DNA from: an uncultured Anaerococcus sp.
GTDB lineage: Bacteria > Bacillota > Clostridia > Tissierellales > Peptoniphilaceae
Direction of reading: 5' to 3'
DNA: 51,505 bases
Assembly: GCA_943913325.1 (NCBI GenBank)
Contig: CALTXP010000001.1
Coordinates: forward strand, 1 to 51,505
Shown piece after piece: positions 10,689 through 20,838 of this stretch. The position numbers and the translations under genes are program-made. Under the pieces are notes generated by a model. It saw only the letters and a list, made by a program, of their open reading frames with translations, was not told the origin of the DNA and did not search any database. Every line of letters starts with the position of its first letter. The stretch's first letter is position 1.

Positions 10689-10874
10689 ATGGCTAAAAAA
10701 TCAATGATAGCTAAACAAAAGAAAGCACATAAATATTCAACACAAGAGTATAATAGATGCAAAATTTGTGGTAGACCACATGGCTACCTTAGAAAATATG
10801 GAATATGCCGTGTTTGCTTTAGAGAATTAGCAAATAAGGGAGAAATTCCTGGAGTAAGAAAATCTAGCTGGTAA
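10689..10874 (+). CDS. rpsZ: 30S ribosomal protein S14, type Z (Zn-binding C+)
   Basis: 61 aa with CKIC...CRVC zinc ribbon. Confidence 0.97.
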   Translation: MAKKSMIAKQKKAHKYSTQEYNRCKICGRPHGYLRKYGICRVCFRELANKGEIPGVRKSSW

Positions 10875-10892
10875 TTAGGGAGGATAAATATT

Positions 10893-11288
10893 ATGATGAC
10901 AGATCCAATTGCGGATATGCTAACAAGAATTAGAAATGCAGTCAAAGCTAATCATAAAGAAGTTAGCTTACCATCTTCTAATGAAAAAAAGGCTATTGCA
11001 CAAATTCTTCTTGATGAAGGCTTCATTAACGGATTTAACGTAGAGGAAGACAACAAACAAGGAATTCTTACAATAGATTTAAAATATGCTGAAAACGGTG
11101 AAAAAGTAATCTCAGGCCTTAGAAGAATCAGTAAACCAGGTCTTCGTGTTTATGTAAAAGCAAACGAAGTACCAAAGGTACTAAATGGTCTTGGGATAGC
11201 AATTATTTCAACATCAAAAGGACTTTTAACTGACCAAGCTGCAAGAAGTCAAAATGTAGGTGGCGAAGTTATTTGTTACGTATGGTAA
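10893..11288 (+). CDS. rpsH: 30S ribosomal protein S8
   Basis: [29 protein letters not shown]. Confidence 0.98.
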   Translation: MMTDPIADMLTRIRNAVKANHKEVSLPSSNEKKAIAQILLDEGFINGFNVEEDNKQGILTIDLKYAENGEKVISGLRRISKPGLRVYVKANEVPKVLNGLGIAIISTSKGLLTDQAARSQNVGGEVICYVW

Positions 11289-11298
11289 GGAGAAATAT

Positions 11299-11838
11299 AT
11301 GTCAAGAATAGGTAAACAACCAATTGAAATCCCAAATGGAGTTTCAGTTGTAATTGACGGACAAAATATTAGAGTAGAAGGTCCAAAGGGCAATCTATCT
11401 CAAAGTTTTCCAACAACAATTGAAATAGTAGAAGAAGATAATGAACTTCTAATTAAAATTCCAGAAGAATATACAAAACAACAAAATATAGACCATGGTT
11501 TATTTAGATCACTTATTGCTAACATGATAAAAGGTGTTACAGAAGGATTTAGTAAGACACTAGAAATTGAAGGTACAGGTTATAGAGCTCAAAAACAAGG
11601 TGATAATCTAGTAATGAACTTAGGATTCTCTCACCAAGTTACAATGCCAGATCCAGAAGGAATCAAAACTGAAGTACCAAATGATAGAACTATTGTTGTT
11701 AATGGAATTGATAAACAATTAGTAGGCTTACACGCAGCTAATATCAGAAAATGGAGAAAACCAGAACCTTATAAAGGTAAGGGTATAAGATATCAAGACG
11801 AATATGTAAGACGCAAAGTTGGTAAGACAGGTAAGTAG
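11299..11838 (+). CDS. rplF: 50S ribosomal protein L6
   Basis: MSRIGK, PEPYKGKGIRY. Start corrected to the ATG at 11299 after aaggag. Confidence 0.98.
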   Translation: MSRIGKQPIEIPNGVSVVIDGQNIRVEGPKGNLSQSFPTTIEIVEEDNELLIKIPEEYTKQQNIDHGLFRSLIANMIKGVTEGFSKTLEIEGTGYRAQKQGDNLVMNLGFSHQVTMPDPEGIKTEVPNDRTIVVNGIDKQLVGLHAANIRKWRKPEPYKGKGIRYQDEYVRRKVGKTGK

Positions 11839-11847
11839 GAGAGATAA

Positions 11848-12213
11848 ATGGCTAAAGATAATAAAAAACAAAGACTTCAAACTCGTAAAAAAAGAGTTAG
11901 AGCAAAAATCAGCGGTACTCCTGAAAGACCAAGACTTTCCGTATACAAATCAAATGCTAATATCTATGCACAAATAATTGATGATGTAAACGGTGTAACA
12001 TTAGCAAGTGCAAATACTTTACAAGAAGATGTAGCTAATGGTTTAGAATCTAAATCAAACATTGAAGCTGCAAGTAAAGTAGGTGAAGCTATAGCTAAAA
12101 GAGCAGCCGAAGCTGGCATAAGCGAAGTTGCTTTTGATAGAAATGGTAATATTTACCATGGTAAAGTTAAAGCTTTAGCTGAAGCAGCAAGAGAAGCTGG
12201 TCTTAAGTTTTAA
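11848..12213 (+). CDS. rplR: 50S ribosomal protein L18
   Basis: [27 protein letters not shown]. Confidence 0.98.
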   Translation: MAKDNKKQRLQTRKKRVRAKISGTPERPRLSVYKSNANIYAQIIDDVNGVTLASANTLQEDVANGLESKSNIEAASKVGEAIAKRAAEAGISEVAFDRNGNIYHGKVKALAEAAREAGLKF

Positions 12214-12226
12214 TAGGAGGTATTAG

Positions 12227-12736
12227 ATGAAATATTTATTAAGAAGTGAAGTAGAAAAGCTAAACCTCGAAGATAGAGTGGTATCAATCAATAGAGTTGC
12301 TAAAACTGTAAAAGGTGGACGTAACATGAGATTTGCAGCTCTTGTAGTAGTAGGAGATTCTAACGGTGTAGTTGGAATTGGAACAGGAAAAGCTACAGAA
12401 GTACCAGAAGCAATTAGAAAAGCAACAGAAGATGCTAAAAAACATATGATTAAGGTTCCAGTAGTAGGAACAACAATTCCTCATAGAATAGAAGGACACA
12501 AAGCAAGCGGACATGTATTATTAATGCCTGCAGCAGAAGGTACTGGAGTTATCGCAGGTGGTCCTGTACGTGCTATATGCGAACTTGCAGGTTATAAGGA
12601 TATCAGAGCTAAAAACTTAGGAAGCAATAACCCTAGAAATATTATCAATGCTTGCCTAGATGCGTTCTATAACATGAAAACTGTTGAAGATGTTGCCAAA
12701 CTTCGTGGTAAATCGGTAGAAGAATTCGATTATTAA
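12227..12736 (+). CDS. rpsE: 30S ribosomal protein S5
   Basis: [19 protein letters not shown]. Confidence 0.98.
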   Translation: MKYLLRSEVEKLNLEDRVVSINRVAKTVKGGRNMRFAALVVVGDSNGVVGIGTGKATEVPEAIRKATEDAKKHMIKVPVVGTTIPHRIEGHKASGHVLLMPAAEGTGVIAGGPVRAICELAGYKDIRAKNLGSNNPRNIINACLDAFYNMKTVEDVAKLRGKSVEEFDY

Positions 12737-12745
12737 GGAGCAAAT

Positions 12746-12928
12746 ATGAGCCAATTAGAAATCAAATTAAAAAGATCTTTTATCGGTAGAAAAGATGATC
12801 AAATTGCAACAGCAAAAGCTCTAGGTCTAAAAAAGATCGGACAAAGCGTTGTAAGAGAAGATAATCCAGCGGTTAGAGGAATGATTAATAAAATTCCTTT
12901 TATGCTTGAAGTAAAAGAAATTAACTAG
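12746..12928 (+). CDS. rpmD: 50S ribosomal protein L30
   Basis: RSFIG...ALGL...RGMI, plus synteny. Confidence 0.96.
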   Translation: MSQLEIKLKRSFIGRKDDQIATAKALGLKKIGQSVVREDNPAVRGMINKIPFMLEVKEIN

Positions 12929-12937
12929 GAGTGTAAG

Positions 12938-13432
12938 ATGAAATTACATGAATTACAACCTAATCAACCACTAAAGAAGAGAAAAAGAAAAGGTAGAGGT
13001 CCAGGTTCAGGAAATGGTACACGTGCTGGTCGTGGACAAGACGGACAAAATTCAAGATCTGGTGGAGGAGTAAGACCAGGTTTTGAAGGTGGTCAAATGC
13101 CTTTATATAGACGTCTTCCAAAAAGAGGCTTCCAAAATATTAATAAAAAACAATATGAAGTTATCAATGTAGAAACATTAAATATGTTTGAAGACGGAAC
13201 AGAAGTAACACCAGAATTACTATTTGAAAATAGAATATTAAATAAAAATAAAGCAAAAGATGGAGTTAAAATCTTAGGTGATGGAGAACTTACATCAAAG
13301 CTTAATGTAAAAGCTCACAAATTCACAGCAAGTGCTAAAGAAAAGATCGAAGCAGCTGGTGGATCAGTAGAAGTAATAGAAGTTAAAAAATGGGTAAAAC
13401 CATCTGAGAAAGATACTAAAGCAGGAAACTAA
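12938..13432 (+). CDS. rplO: 50S ribosomal protein L15
   Basis: [24 protein letters not shown]. Confidence 0.98.
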   Translation: MKLHELQPNQPLKKRKRKGRGPGSGNGTRAGRGQDGQNSRSGGGVRPGFEGGQMPLYRRLPKRGFQNINKKQYEVINVETLNMFEDGTEVTPELLFENRILNKNKAKDGVKILGDGELTSKLNVKAHKFTASAKEKIEAAGGSVEVIEVKKWVKPSEKDTKAGN

Positions 13433-13443
13433 GAAGGTGAGCA

Positions 13444-14718
13444 ATGCTAGAAACAATTAAAAAAGCATCTAAAGAGCCTGAAATCAGAGGAAAATTTTGG
13501 TTTACCATGCTTATGCTTTTGATTTATAGATTCGGTAATAATATTCCACTACCATTTATAGATCAGAATGCCCTTAAAGATGCTTACTCATCTGTTGAAG
13601 GCACCTTAGTCGACTATTTAAATATGTTGACTGGTGGTGGTCTATCAACCCTATCAGTATTTGCCCTAGGTGTTCAGCCTTATATTACATCTTCTATCGT
13701 CATGCAATTACTTACAGTAGTTATACCAAGATTAGAAGAATTAACACGTGAAGGAGAACAAGGGCGTAAGCAAATTCAAAAATATACTCGCTATGTAACG
13801 ATAGTATTAGCAATATTCCAAGCTATAGCAGTAACAAACGGATTATATGGAGCAGCATTATCAAATGCAACAACATTCCAAAAAATAGCTATGAATGTAA
13901 TCCTTATCGGTGGAACAATGTTCGTTACATGGATGGGTGAAACTATAACAGAAAAAGGACTAGGAAATGGTACGAGCCTTCTAATCTTTATGGGTATCAT
14001 AGCATCATTTCCAAAGACACTTAAGAAATGGACTTCACAAGTTCACTATGGATTAGTAGGATATTTACCAATTATAATAATGGCAATTTTAGTAATCCTT
14101 ATTGTAATCGCAGTAGTATTAATATCTGAAGGTGAACGTAAGATTCCAATTCAATATGCTAAAAGAGTTGTAGGACGTAAGATGTATGGCGGACAATCAA
14201 CTCATATACCAGTTAAGGTAAATATGGGTGGAGTTATGCCTATAGTATTTGCATCAGCAGTGCTAGCTATACCATCAACAATCAGTCTATTCTTTGGTAA
14301 GGGTGGAAAAAGTGGTATAACAAATTTCTTCCAAAATACAACTGGAGGATTTATTCTATACCTAATTATCCAATCAGCTCTTATATTGATATTTGCTTAC
14401 TTCTACAATCAAATTCAATTTAATACTGTAGAATATGCTAAGCAATTACAACAAAATGGTGGTTTTATACCAGGAATTAGACCAGGAAAGCCTACTAGTG
14501 ATTATTTAGCGAAGGTAGCTACTAAAATTACTTTTATAGGTTCAATAGCCTTAGCGCTTCTTACAATAATTCCAGCAATTGCTTCCAAACTTTTAGGATT
14601 AACCCTATCATTTGGTGGTTCTTCAGTAATCATAGTGGTTGGAGTTATAATTGAGACTATAAAACAAATTGAAGCAATGATGACAATGAAACAATACAAA
14701 GGATTTTTAAATAGGTAA
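13444..14718 (+). CDS. secY: Preprotein translocase subunit SecY
   Basis: About 10 TMs. SVFALGVQPYIT, GLGNG, IPGIRPG. Confidence 0.98.
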   Translation: MLETIKKASKEPEIRGKFWFTMLMLLIYRFGNNIPLPFIDQNALKDAYSSVEGTLVDYLNMLTGGGLSTLSVFALGVQPYITSSIVMQLLTVVIPRLEELTREGEQGRKQIQKYTRYVTIVLAIFQAIAVTNGLYGAALSNATTFQKIAMNVILIGGTMFVTWMGETITEKGLGNGTSLLIFMGIIASFPKTLKKWTSQVHYGLVGYLPIIIMAILVILIVIAVVLISEGERKIPIQYAKRVVGRKMYGGQSTHIPVKVNMGGVMPIVFASAVLAIPSTISLFFGKGGKSGITNFFQNTTGGFILYLIIQSALILIFAYFYNQIQFNTVEYAKQLQQNGGFIPGIRPGKPTSDYLAKVATKITFIGSIALALLTIIPAIASKLLGLTLSFGGSSVIIVVGVIIETIKQIEAMMTMKQYKGFLNR

Positions 14719-14721
14719 AGG

Positions 14722-15384
14722 ATGAATATTATATTGTTAGGGCCCCCAGGAGCAGGTAAAGGTACACTATCAAATAAAATTTTAGAAAACTTAGATGCAG
14801 TACAAATAGCCACAGGAGATTTATTTAGATATAACATCCACAATAAAACTCCTTTAGGTTTAAAAGCAAAAGAGTACATGGATCAAGGTAATCTTGTACC
14901 TGATGAATTAACTACTGACTTATTATGGGATTACTTTGATAAGCAAGAAAATACACAAAGTCCTGATAAGATTATTTTATTTGATGGTTTTCCAAGAAAT
15001 ATCAGTCAAGCCCAAGCCTTAGATAAGGGTATGAAAGATAGGGGTCAAAAAATCGATGGAGTAATCTACTTTGATGTAGATTCAGATATCTTAATTGAAA
15101 GAGTAACAGGCAGAAGAGTTTGCCCAAACTGTGGAGCAACATATCACATTAAAAACCATCCACCAAAGCTAGAAGGTATATGTGATAAATGCGGAACAGA
15201 ATTAATTCAAAGGGCAGATGATACACTAGAAACAGTAAAAAATAGAATCGATGTTTACAACGAACAAACAGCGGTACTCATTGATTATTACACAAATAAA
15301 GGTATATTAAAGAGTATTGATGGCAGCAAAACAATCGATGAAGTTTTTGAAGAGTTTAAACATAAATTAGGAGAACTAAGCTAA
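14722..15384 (+). CDS. adk: Adenylate kinase (Zn lid)
   Basis: GPPGAGKGT, DGFPR, CPNC...CDKC lid. Confidence 0.98.
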   Translation: MNIILLGPPGAGKGTLSNKILENLDAVQIATGDLFRYNIHNKTPLGLKAKEYMDQGNLVPDELTTDLLWDYFDKQENTQSPDKIILFDGFPRNISQAQALDKGMKDRGQKIDGVIYFDVDSDILIERVTGRRVCPNCGATYHIKNHPPKLEGICDKCGTELIQRADDTLETVKNRIDVYNEQTAVLIDYYTNKGILKSIDGSKTIDEVFEEFKHKLGELS

Positions 15385-15503
15385 TTTATGATTAGTAGAA
15401 AAAGAGAAAATATTGAATCTCTTTGAGCGAATATGTCTTATGGATATAAGACAAATAAATTAGTTTTATAAGACATGTTAGAAGCAAAAAGGAGGTTCTA
15501 TAT

Positions 15504-15722
15504 ATGTCAAAAAAAGATGCTATAGAAGTTACAGGAGTTGTTACAGAAGCTCTACCAAACGCAATATTTAAAGTAGAATTAGACAATGGACACGAAATAC
15601 AAGCCCATATCTCAGGCAAGCTTCGAATGAACAGCATAAGAATACTAGAAGGAGATAAAGTAACAGTAGAACTATCTCCATATGACTTAAGCCAAGGAAG
15701 AATTACTTGGAGAAAGAAATAG
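15504..15722 (+). CDS. infA: Translation initiation factor IF-1
   Basis: LPNA.F.V, AHISGK, SPYDL. Confidence 0.98.
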   Translation: MSKKDAIEVTGVVTEALPNAIFKVELDNGHEIQAHISGKLRMNSIRILEGDKVTVELSPYDLSQGRITWRKK

Positions 15723-15727
15723 TCCCG

Positions 15728-15879
15728 TCATAATGGGTGGAAAATGCAAAGCATTTTACATCTCTGAGATAAGCGAAGCTGCAAAGCAGCAAGCGAATCC
15801 AGAGAACTAAGCGAGAAAGCTTAGAGAGCTTTCGAGAGGATGAGATCATAATGGGTGGAAAATGCAAAGCATTTTACAT
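15728..15879. repeat. 34-bp perfect direct repeat x2, each with an internal hairpin
   Basis: tcataatgggtggaaaatgcaaagcattttacat at 15728-15761 and 15846-15879, separated by an 84-bp spacer. Confidence 0.9.
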
Positions 15880-16001
15880 TTTTAAGACGAAGTCCTAGAT
15901 TGGCTAAAAAGGTGATTATAAGTCCTAAGGCTAAGCTAGAAGCTCTGAGATAAAATTCCATTAGGACTTAAGATAAGTCAGATAAAGACAAGGAGAATAA
16001 C

Positions 16002-16115
16002 ATGAAAGTTAGAGCATCAGTTAAAAAAATGTGCGATAAATGCAAAATTATCAAAAGAAATGGTAAAGTTATGGTAATTTGCGAAAATCCAAAGCATAAA
16101 CAAAGACAAGGTTAG
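16002..16115 (+). CDS. rpmJ: 50S ribosomal protein L36 (Zn-binding C+)
   Basis: Translated by hand (below the ORF cutoff): [40 protein letters not shown] aaggag. Confidence 0.98.
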   Translation: MKVRASVKKMCDKCKIIKRNGKVMVICENPKHKQRQG

Positions 16116-16124
16116 GAGGGTTTA

Positions 16125-16469
16125 ATGCCAAGATTAGCTGGTATAGATTTACCTAGAGAAAAAAGAGCAGAAATAGGCCTTACTTATATCTATGGTATCG
16201 GTCGTGCAACTGCAAATGAAATATTAAAAAATACAGGAATCAACCCTGATACAAAAATGAAAGATCTTACTGAGGAAGAATTAGGTAAAATACGTGAACA
16301 ATTAAACAACTATACAATCGAAGGTGATTTACGTCGTGAAACATCTATGAATATTAGAGCACTTCGTGAAATCAATAGCTATAGAGGTCTTAGACATAAA
16401 GCGGGACTTCCAGTAAGAGGACAAAATACAAAAAATAACGCTAGAACTAGAAAAGGAAGAAAGGGTTAA
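16125..16469 (+). CDS. rpsM: 30S ribosomal protein S13
   Basis: [30 protein letters not shown]. Confidence 0.98.
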   Translation: MPRLAGIDLPREKRAEIGLTYIYGIGRATANEILKNTGINPDTKMKDLTEEELGKIREQLNNYTIEGDLRRETSMNIRALREINSYRGLRHKAGLPVRGQNTKNNARTRKGRKG

Positions 16470-16477
16470 GGAGAACA

Positions 16478-16873
16478 ATGGCTCAAAGAGGAAAAACAAC
16501 ATCACGTAAACGTAGAGTTAAAAAAAATGTTGAACGTGGCCAAGCTCACATTAACTCAACATTTAATAATACAATGGTAACTATTACAGATATGCAAGGT
16601 AATGCTTTATCTTGGGCATCTGCTGGACAACTTGGTTTTAGAGGTAGTAGAAAATCTACACCATTTGCTGCACAAGAAGCTGCAGAAACAGCTGCTAAAA
16701 AGGCAATTGATCAAGGACTAAAAACAGTAGAAGTATATGTAAAAGGACCAGGTTCTGGACGTGAATCTGCAATTAGAAGTCTACAAGCTGCAGGACTTGA
16801 AGTTACAATGATTAAAGATGTAACACCAATTCCACATAATGGATGCAGACCACCAAAAAGAAGAAGAGTTTAA
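16478..16873 (+). CDS. rpsK: 30S ribosomal protein S11
   Basis: [28 protein letters not shown]. Confidence 0.98.
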   Translation: MAQRGKTTSRKRRVKKNVERGQAHINSTFNNTMVTITDMQGNALSWASAGQLGFRGSRKSTPFAAQEAAETAAKKAIDQGLKTVEVYVKGPGSGRESAIRSLQAAGLEVTMIKDVTPIPHNGCRPPKRRRV

Positions 16874-16885
16874 TAAGGAGAAATT

Positions 16886-17479
16886 ATGGCAGTATCAAAA
16901 GATCCAGTTTATAAAAGAGCAAGAGCTTTAGGAATTTCTCCAGCATACCTAGGATATACAGGTGAATCAAAAAGAACATTACCACAAAGACGTGGTAAAA
17001 TGTCTGATTATGGTATGCAACAAAGAGAAAAGCAAAAAGCTAAATTTATCTATGGAGTATCTGAAAAACAATTTAGAGGATACTATGAAAAAGCAACTAC
17101 AATGGAAGGACAAACAGGTGAACAACTTATAATCCTTTGCGAAAGAAGATTAGATAATATAGCATTTAGATCAGGCCTTGCAAGAACAAGAAGAGAAGCA
17201 AGACAAATAGTAAGTCACGGACATTTATTAGTAAATGGTAAACAAGTAAATATTCCTTCATATCTTATAGAAGAAGGAGATGTAATCGAAGTACGTGAAA
17301 AATCTAAAAACAAAGAATTATTTAAGACTATCAAAGAAACAAATGCAACATTTGGAGTAGTTGATTGGATAAATTCTGATATAGAAAACTTAAAAATAAC
17401 AATTGATAGATTCCCAACTAGAGAAGACATTGATATACCAGTAGAAGAACGTATGATCGTAGAGTTCTACTCTAAATAA
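16886..17479 (+). CDS. rpsD: 30S ribosomal protein S4
   Basis: SDYG.Q.REKQK, ERRLDN, ARQIVSHGH, VEFYSK. Confidence 0.97.
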   Translation: MAVSKDPVYKRARALGISPAYLGYTGESKRTLPQRRGKMSDYGMQQREKQKAKFIYGVSEKQFRGYYEKATTMEGQTGEQLIILCERRLDNIAFRSGLARTRREARQIVSHGHLLVNGKQVNIPSYLIEEGDVIEVREKSKNKELFKTIKETNATFGVVDWINSDIENLKITIDRFPTREDIDIPVEERMIVEFYSK

Positions 17480-17511
17480 TAATTAAAAAAAGTTAGAACT
17501 AAGGAGTTACC

Positions 17512-18468
17512 ATGATCGAAAAATTAGATACAAATATTGAAATATTGGATATAGATGAAACTAGTAATTATGGAAAGTTTACCTTATATCCACTTGAACG
17601 AGGCTATGGTACAACCATTGGAAACAGTATGAGAAGGGTGTTACTTTCATCCTTACCTGGTTCTAGCGTCTCAAAAATTCTCATAGAAGGAGTCCTCCAT
17701 GAATTTTCAATAATTGATGGAGTAGTAGAGGACGTTCCTGAAATCATCCTAAACTTAAAAGGTCTTAACATTAAGAAAGATAGCGACGAAGATGTAACAT
17801 TATTCTTAGATATTGAAGGACCTAAAATTGTAACAGCAAAAGATATAAGCAAAGATAGTTCAATTGAAATTGCAAATCCTGATCATTATATAGCAACTGT
17901 TAATGATAAGGCTAAGCTATTTATATCACTTGAAGTTACAAATGGTAAGGGATATAGAATTTCAGATCAAAACAAATCTGATTCAGATCCTATCGGAACT
18001 ATCGCTATTGATTCTTCATTTACTCCAGTTAAAAAGGTAAACTACTATGTAGAAAATACTAGGGTAGGAGAAGCAACAGACTATGATAAGCTTGTCATAG
18101 AAGTATGGACAGATGGAACTATCTCACCACAAGAAGCTTTATCAGAAGGTGCAAGTATTCTTATAGATGACTTTACTTATTTTAAAGATCTTCCAAATGT
18201 AGAATTTGTGGAAGAAGAAGAGATCGAAGAAATAGAAGAAGAAAGCATACCAGAAGTAAATGATACACAGTTAGAAAAAACCATTGAAGAAATGGATCTA
18301 TCTTTACGTTCATTTAACTGCTTAAAAAGAGCTGGCTTTAATACAGTAGGTGATATAGTAGAAAAATCTGAAGCAGAACTTAAAACTATCAAAAATTTTG
18401 GTAAAAAATCATTAGAAGAAGTAAAAGATAAGATTCATGATATGGGTCTAAGTCTAAAAGATGAATAG
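17512..18468 (+). CDS. rpoA: DNA-directed RNA polymerase subunit alpha
   Basis: PLERGYGTTIGN..RRVLLSS, LSLRSFNCLKRAG, NFGKKS. Confidence 0.99.
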   Translation: MIEKLDTNIEILDIDETSNYGKFTLYPLERGYGTTIGNSMRRVLLSSLPGSSVSKILIEGVLHEFSIIDGVVEDVPEIILNLKGLNIKKDSDEDVTLFLDIEGPKIVTAKDISKDSSIEIANPDHYIATVNDKAKLFISLEVTNGKGYRISDQNKSDSDPIGTIAIDSSFTPVKKVNYYVENTRVGEATDYDKLVIEVWTDGTISPQEALSEGASILIDDFTYFKDLPNVEFVEEEEIEEIEEESIPEVNDTQLEKTIEEMDLSLRSFNCLKRAGFNTVGDIVEKSEAELKTIKNFGKKSLEEVKDKIHDMGLSLKDE

Positions 18469-18477
18469 GAGGTAAGA

Positions 18478-18819
18478 ATGGCTAATAAAAGAAAACTTGG
18501 CAGAAGAACTGACCATAGAAATACCATGCTTAGAAACCAAGTGACTTCTTTATTCGAAAATGGTAGAATTGAAACTACTATATCAAGAGCTAAAGAAACA
18601 CAAAAAATGGCAGAAAAAATGATTAGTCTTGGCAAAGAAAATACACTTCACTCAAGAAGACAAGCAGCAGCTTACATTTATAAACCTTCAACAGTTCAAA
18701 AGCTATTTGACGAAATAGCTCCAGAATATGCTGAAAGAAACGGTGGATACACAAGAGTATTAAAACTAGGACCAAGGAGAGGAGATGGCTCAGAAAGAGC
18801 TATACTTGAATTAGTTTAA
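18478..18819 (+). CDS. rplQ: 50S ribosomal protein L17
   Basis: RKLGR..DHR, RNGGYTR, RRGD. Confidence 0.98.
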   Translation: MANKRKLGRRTDHRNTMLRNQVTSLFENGRIETTISRAKETQKMAEKMISLGKENTLHSRRQAAAYIYKPSTVQKLFDEIAPEYAERNGGYTRVLKLGPRRGDGSERAILELV

Positions 18820-18901
18820 TAATAATCCAGTCTGATAAGAGAGTAATATTGGGCTTAGTTATTAGTATAAAAATAAATTAATAAGTTAAAACAAGACTTC
18901 T

Positions 18902-18932
18902 AGCATCTTTGGCGAAACAAAGGTGCTTTTTT
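18902..18932 (+). terminator. Rho-independent terminator of the ribosomal supercluster
   Basis: agcatctttg-gcgaaa-caaaggtgct followed by a T-tract. Confidence 0.8.
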
Positions 18933-18959
18933 ATTTATCTTAATTTTAAAAATAGCAAT

Positions 18960-18988
18960 TTGACAAAGCTAATACATAGTGTTAGGAT
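18960..18988 (+). promoter_or_regulatory. Sigma-A promoter for TPP riboswitch-thiC
   Basis: ttgaca-17 bp-taggat. Confidence 0.55.
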
Positions 18989-19011
18989 GATTGTAGGTTA
19001 AATTAAATAAA

Positions 19012-19093
19012 TCGCAGGGGGACTTTACTATAAAAGTTGAGAAGGTAAAACCTGACCCTTAGAACCTGTTAGTTAATACTAGCGTAGGGAGCA
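19012..19093 (+). ncRNA. TPP riboswitch (thiC)
   Basis: caggggg...tgaga...accctt.gaacctg.tagttaatactagcgtaggga core motifs, upstream of thiC. Confidence 0.9.
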
Positions 19094-19102
19094 AAAAGAT
19101 GT

Positions 19103-19137
19103 AGTACTTGCATATTTTTGCAGGTATTTTTTATTTT
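19103..19137 (+). terminator. Attenuator terminator of the TPP riboswitch
   Basis: agtacttgca-loop-tgcaggtatt plus T-tract, immediately after the aptamer. Confidence 0.7.
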
Positions 19138-19234
19138 ATAATCCTTAACGTAGATGTATTACGATTAACATGGGTTCTCCTCTATATATAAATCAACCTT
19201 GAATAATAAAAATTAAAAAAGGAGAGCTAATAAA

Positions 19235-20542
19235 ATGCAAAGAAATTACAAGACACAAATGCAAGCTGCTAGAATGGGGATAATAACTTCTGAAATGGAA
19301 GTCGTTGCTAAAAAAGAAAATATAGATCCAGAGACTTTAAGAGGATACATAGCTGAAGGCAAAGCCATTATTCCAGCAAATATTAAACATAAAGCAATAG
19401 ATCCAGAAGGATTAGGATCAATGCTTACAACAAAGGTTAATGTTAACTTGGGTATATCAAGAGATGCAAAAGACTATGATAAGGAAATAGAAAAAGTAAA
19501 TAAAACTATAGAACTTGGTGCTCATGCAATTATGGACTTATCAAGTCATGGAAACACCCAACCATTTAGACAAAAACTTGTTGAAGAAAGCAAGGTAATG
19601 CTTGGAACAGTACCAGTATATGATGCTGTAATTCATTATCAAAGAGATCTTAAAGATATAAGCGGTAAAGACTTTGTAGATGTAATAAGGCTTCACGCAG
19701 AAGATGGTGTGGATTTTGTGACTCTTCACTGTGGTATAAATAAAAAGACTATGGATCAAATAAAGAATGAAAAGAGAAAGATGAATATAATTTCTCGAGG
19801 TGGTTCATTAGTATTTGCTTGGATGAGTATGACTGGAGAGGAAAATCCATTCTACGAATACTATGATGAAATCTTAGATATTTGTCGTGAGTATGATGTT
19901 ACAATTTCATTAGGCGATGCTTGTAGACCAGGATGTCTTGCAGATGCATCTGATATATCCCAAATAGATGAGCTAGTTAGACTAGGTGAGCTTACTCAAA
20001 GAGCTTGGGATAAAGATGTTCAAGTAATGGTAGAAGGTCCAGGACATATGCCTATGGATCAAATAGCTGCAAATATGAAAATTCAAGAATCTTTATGTAA
20101 AGGTGCACCTTTCTATGTCTTAGGACCATTAGTTACAGACATAGCGCCAGGATATGATCATATAACAGCAGCTATAGGCGGAGCTATTGCAGCTCAAAAT
20201 GGGGCAAGTTTCCTATGCTATGTTACACCAGCAGAACACTTAGGTCTACCTAATGTAGAAGATACTAGAGAAGGTATTATTGCAACTAAAATTGCAGCCC
20301 ATGCAGCAGATATAGCAAATAAGTTACCAAAGTCTAGAGAACTGGATGATAAAATGGCTGACGCTAGAAGAAAATTAGATTGGGAAACACAATTTAATAT
20401 TGCTATGGATACAGAAAGAGCACGTACAAAAAGAGATGAATACAAGCCAGAAAATGAGGATTCATGCTCTATGTGTGGTAAATTCTGTTCAATAAGAAGT
20501 ATGAACAAAGCCTTAGAAGGCGAAGAAATAGATATATTATAA
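19235..20542 (+). CDS. thiC: Phosphomethylpyrimidine synthase (radical SAM)
   Basis: [24 protein letters not shown]-terminal CSMCGKFC. The TPP riboswitch supports ThiC over its Bza paralogs. Confidence 0.95.
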   Translation: MQRNYKTQMQAARMGIITSEMEVVAKKENIDPETLRGYIAEGKAIIPANIKHKAIDPEGLGSMLTTKVNVNLGISRDAKDYDKEIEKVNKTIELGAHAIMDLSSHGNTQPFRQKLVEESKVMLGTVPVYDAVIHYQRDLKDISGKDFVDVIRLHAEDGVDFVTLHCGINKKTMDQIKNEKRKMNIISRGGSLVFAWMSMTGEENPFYEYYDEILDICREYDVTISLGDACRPGCLADASDISQIDELVRLGELTQRAWDKDVQVMVEGPGHMPMDQIAANMKIQESLCKGAPFYVLGPLVTDIAPGYDHITAAIGGAIAAQNGASFLCYVTPAEHLGLPNVEDTREGIIATKIAAHAADIANKLPKSRELDDKMADARRKLDWETQFNIAMDTERARTKRDEYKPENEDSCSMCGKFCSIRSMNKALEGEEIDIL

Positions 20543-20549
20543 TAATTAG

Positions 20550-20708
20550 AAAATGGACTGTTGTAAAATAGTGAATGATCAATGTCCTGTCGCTAGAAAA
20601 TTATTTTTTGAAATTTTTACCTATCCTGTCGTTTGTTAAGGAAAGATTTCCATAGAATTTTTTCTAATGACTTTTAAATGATTATTCATTGTGCAACAGT
20701 CCATTTTT
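20550..20708. repeat. Rod-like inverted-repeat element, copy 2
   Basis: aaaatggactgttgtaaaatagtgaatgatca ... tgattattcattgtgcaacagtccatttt. Inner pair gtcgctagaaaa/ttttctaatgac. Confidence 0.7.
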
Positions 20709-20838
20709 ATACTTATATTAGGAATATTTGAAGAGGAAAAATCCACATTTAAAATTAGCGCCTTTTGTAATCTTTGATTTAATAACTAAAAACAGTAATA
20801 TTTTAATTGATACATAAAATATATTTAGGGAGATTAAA

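Noticed and set aside
15728..15879. CRISPR array (34-bp palindromic repeat)
   Set aside because: Only two repeats, an 84-bp structured spacer, no cas genes, and it lies inside a ribosomal operon.
19235..20542. BzaA/B/F (cobamide lower-ligand) paralog instead of ThiC
   Set aside because: It is preceded by a TPP riboswitch rather than a cobalamin riboswitch, and there are no cob/bza neighbours.
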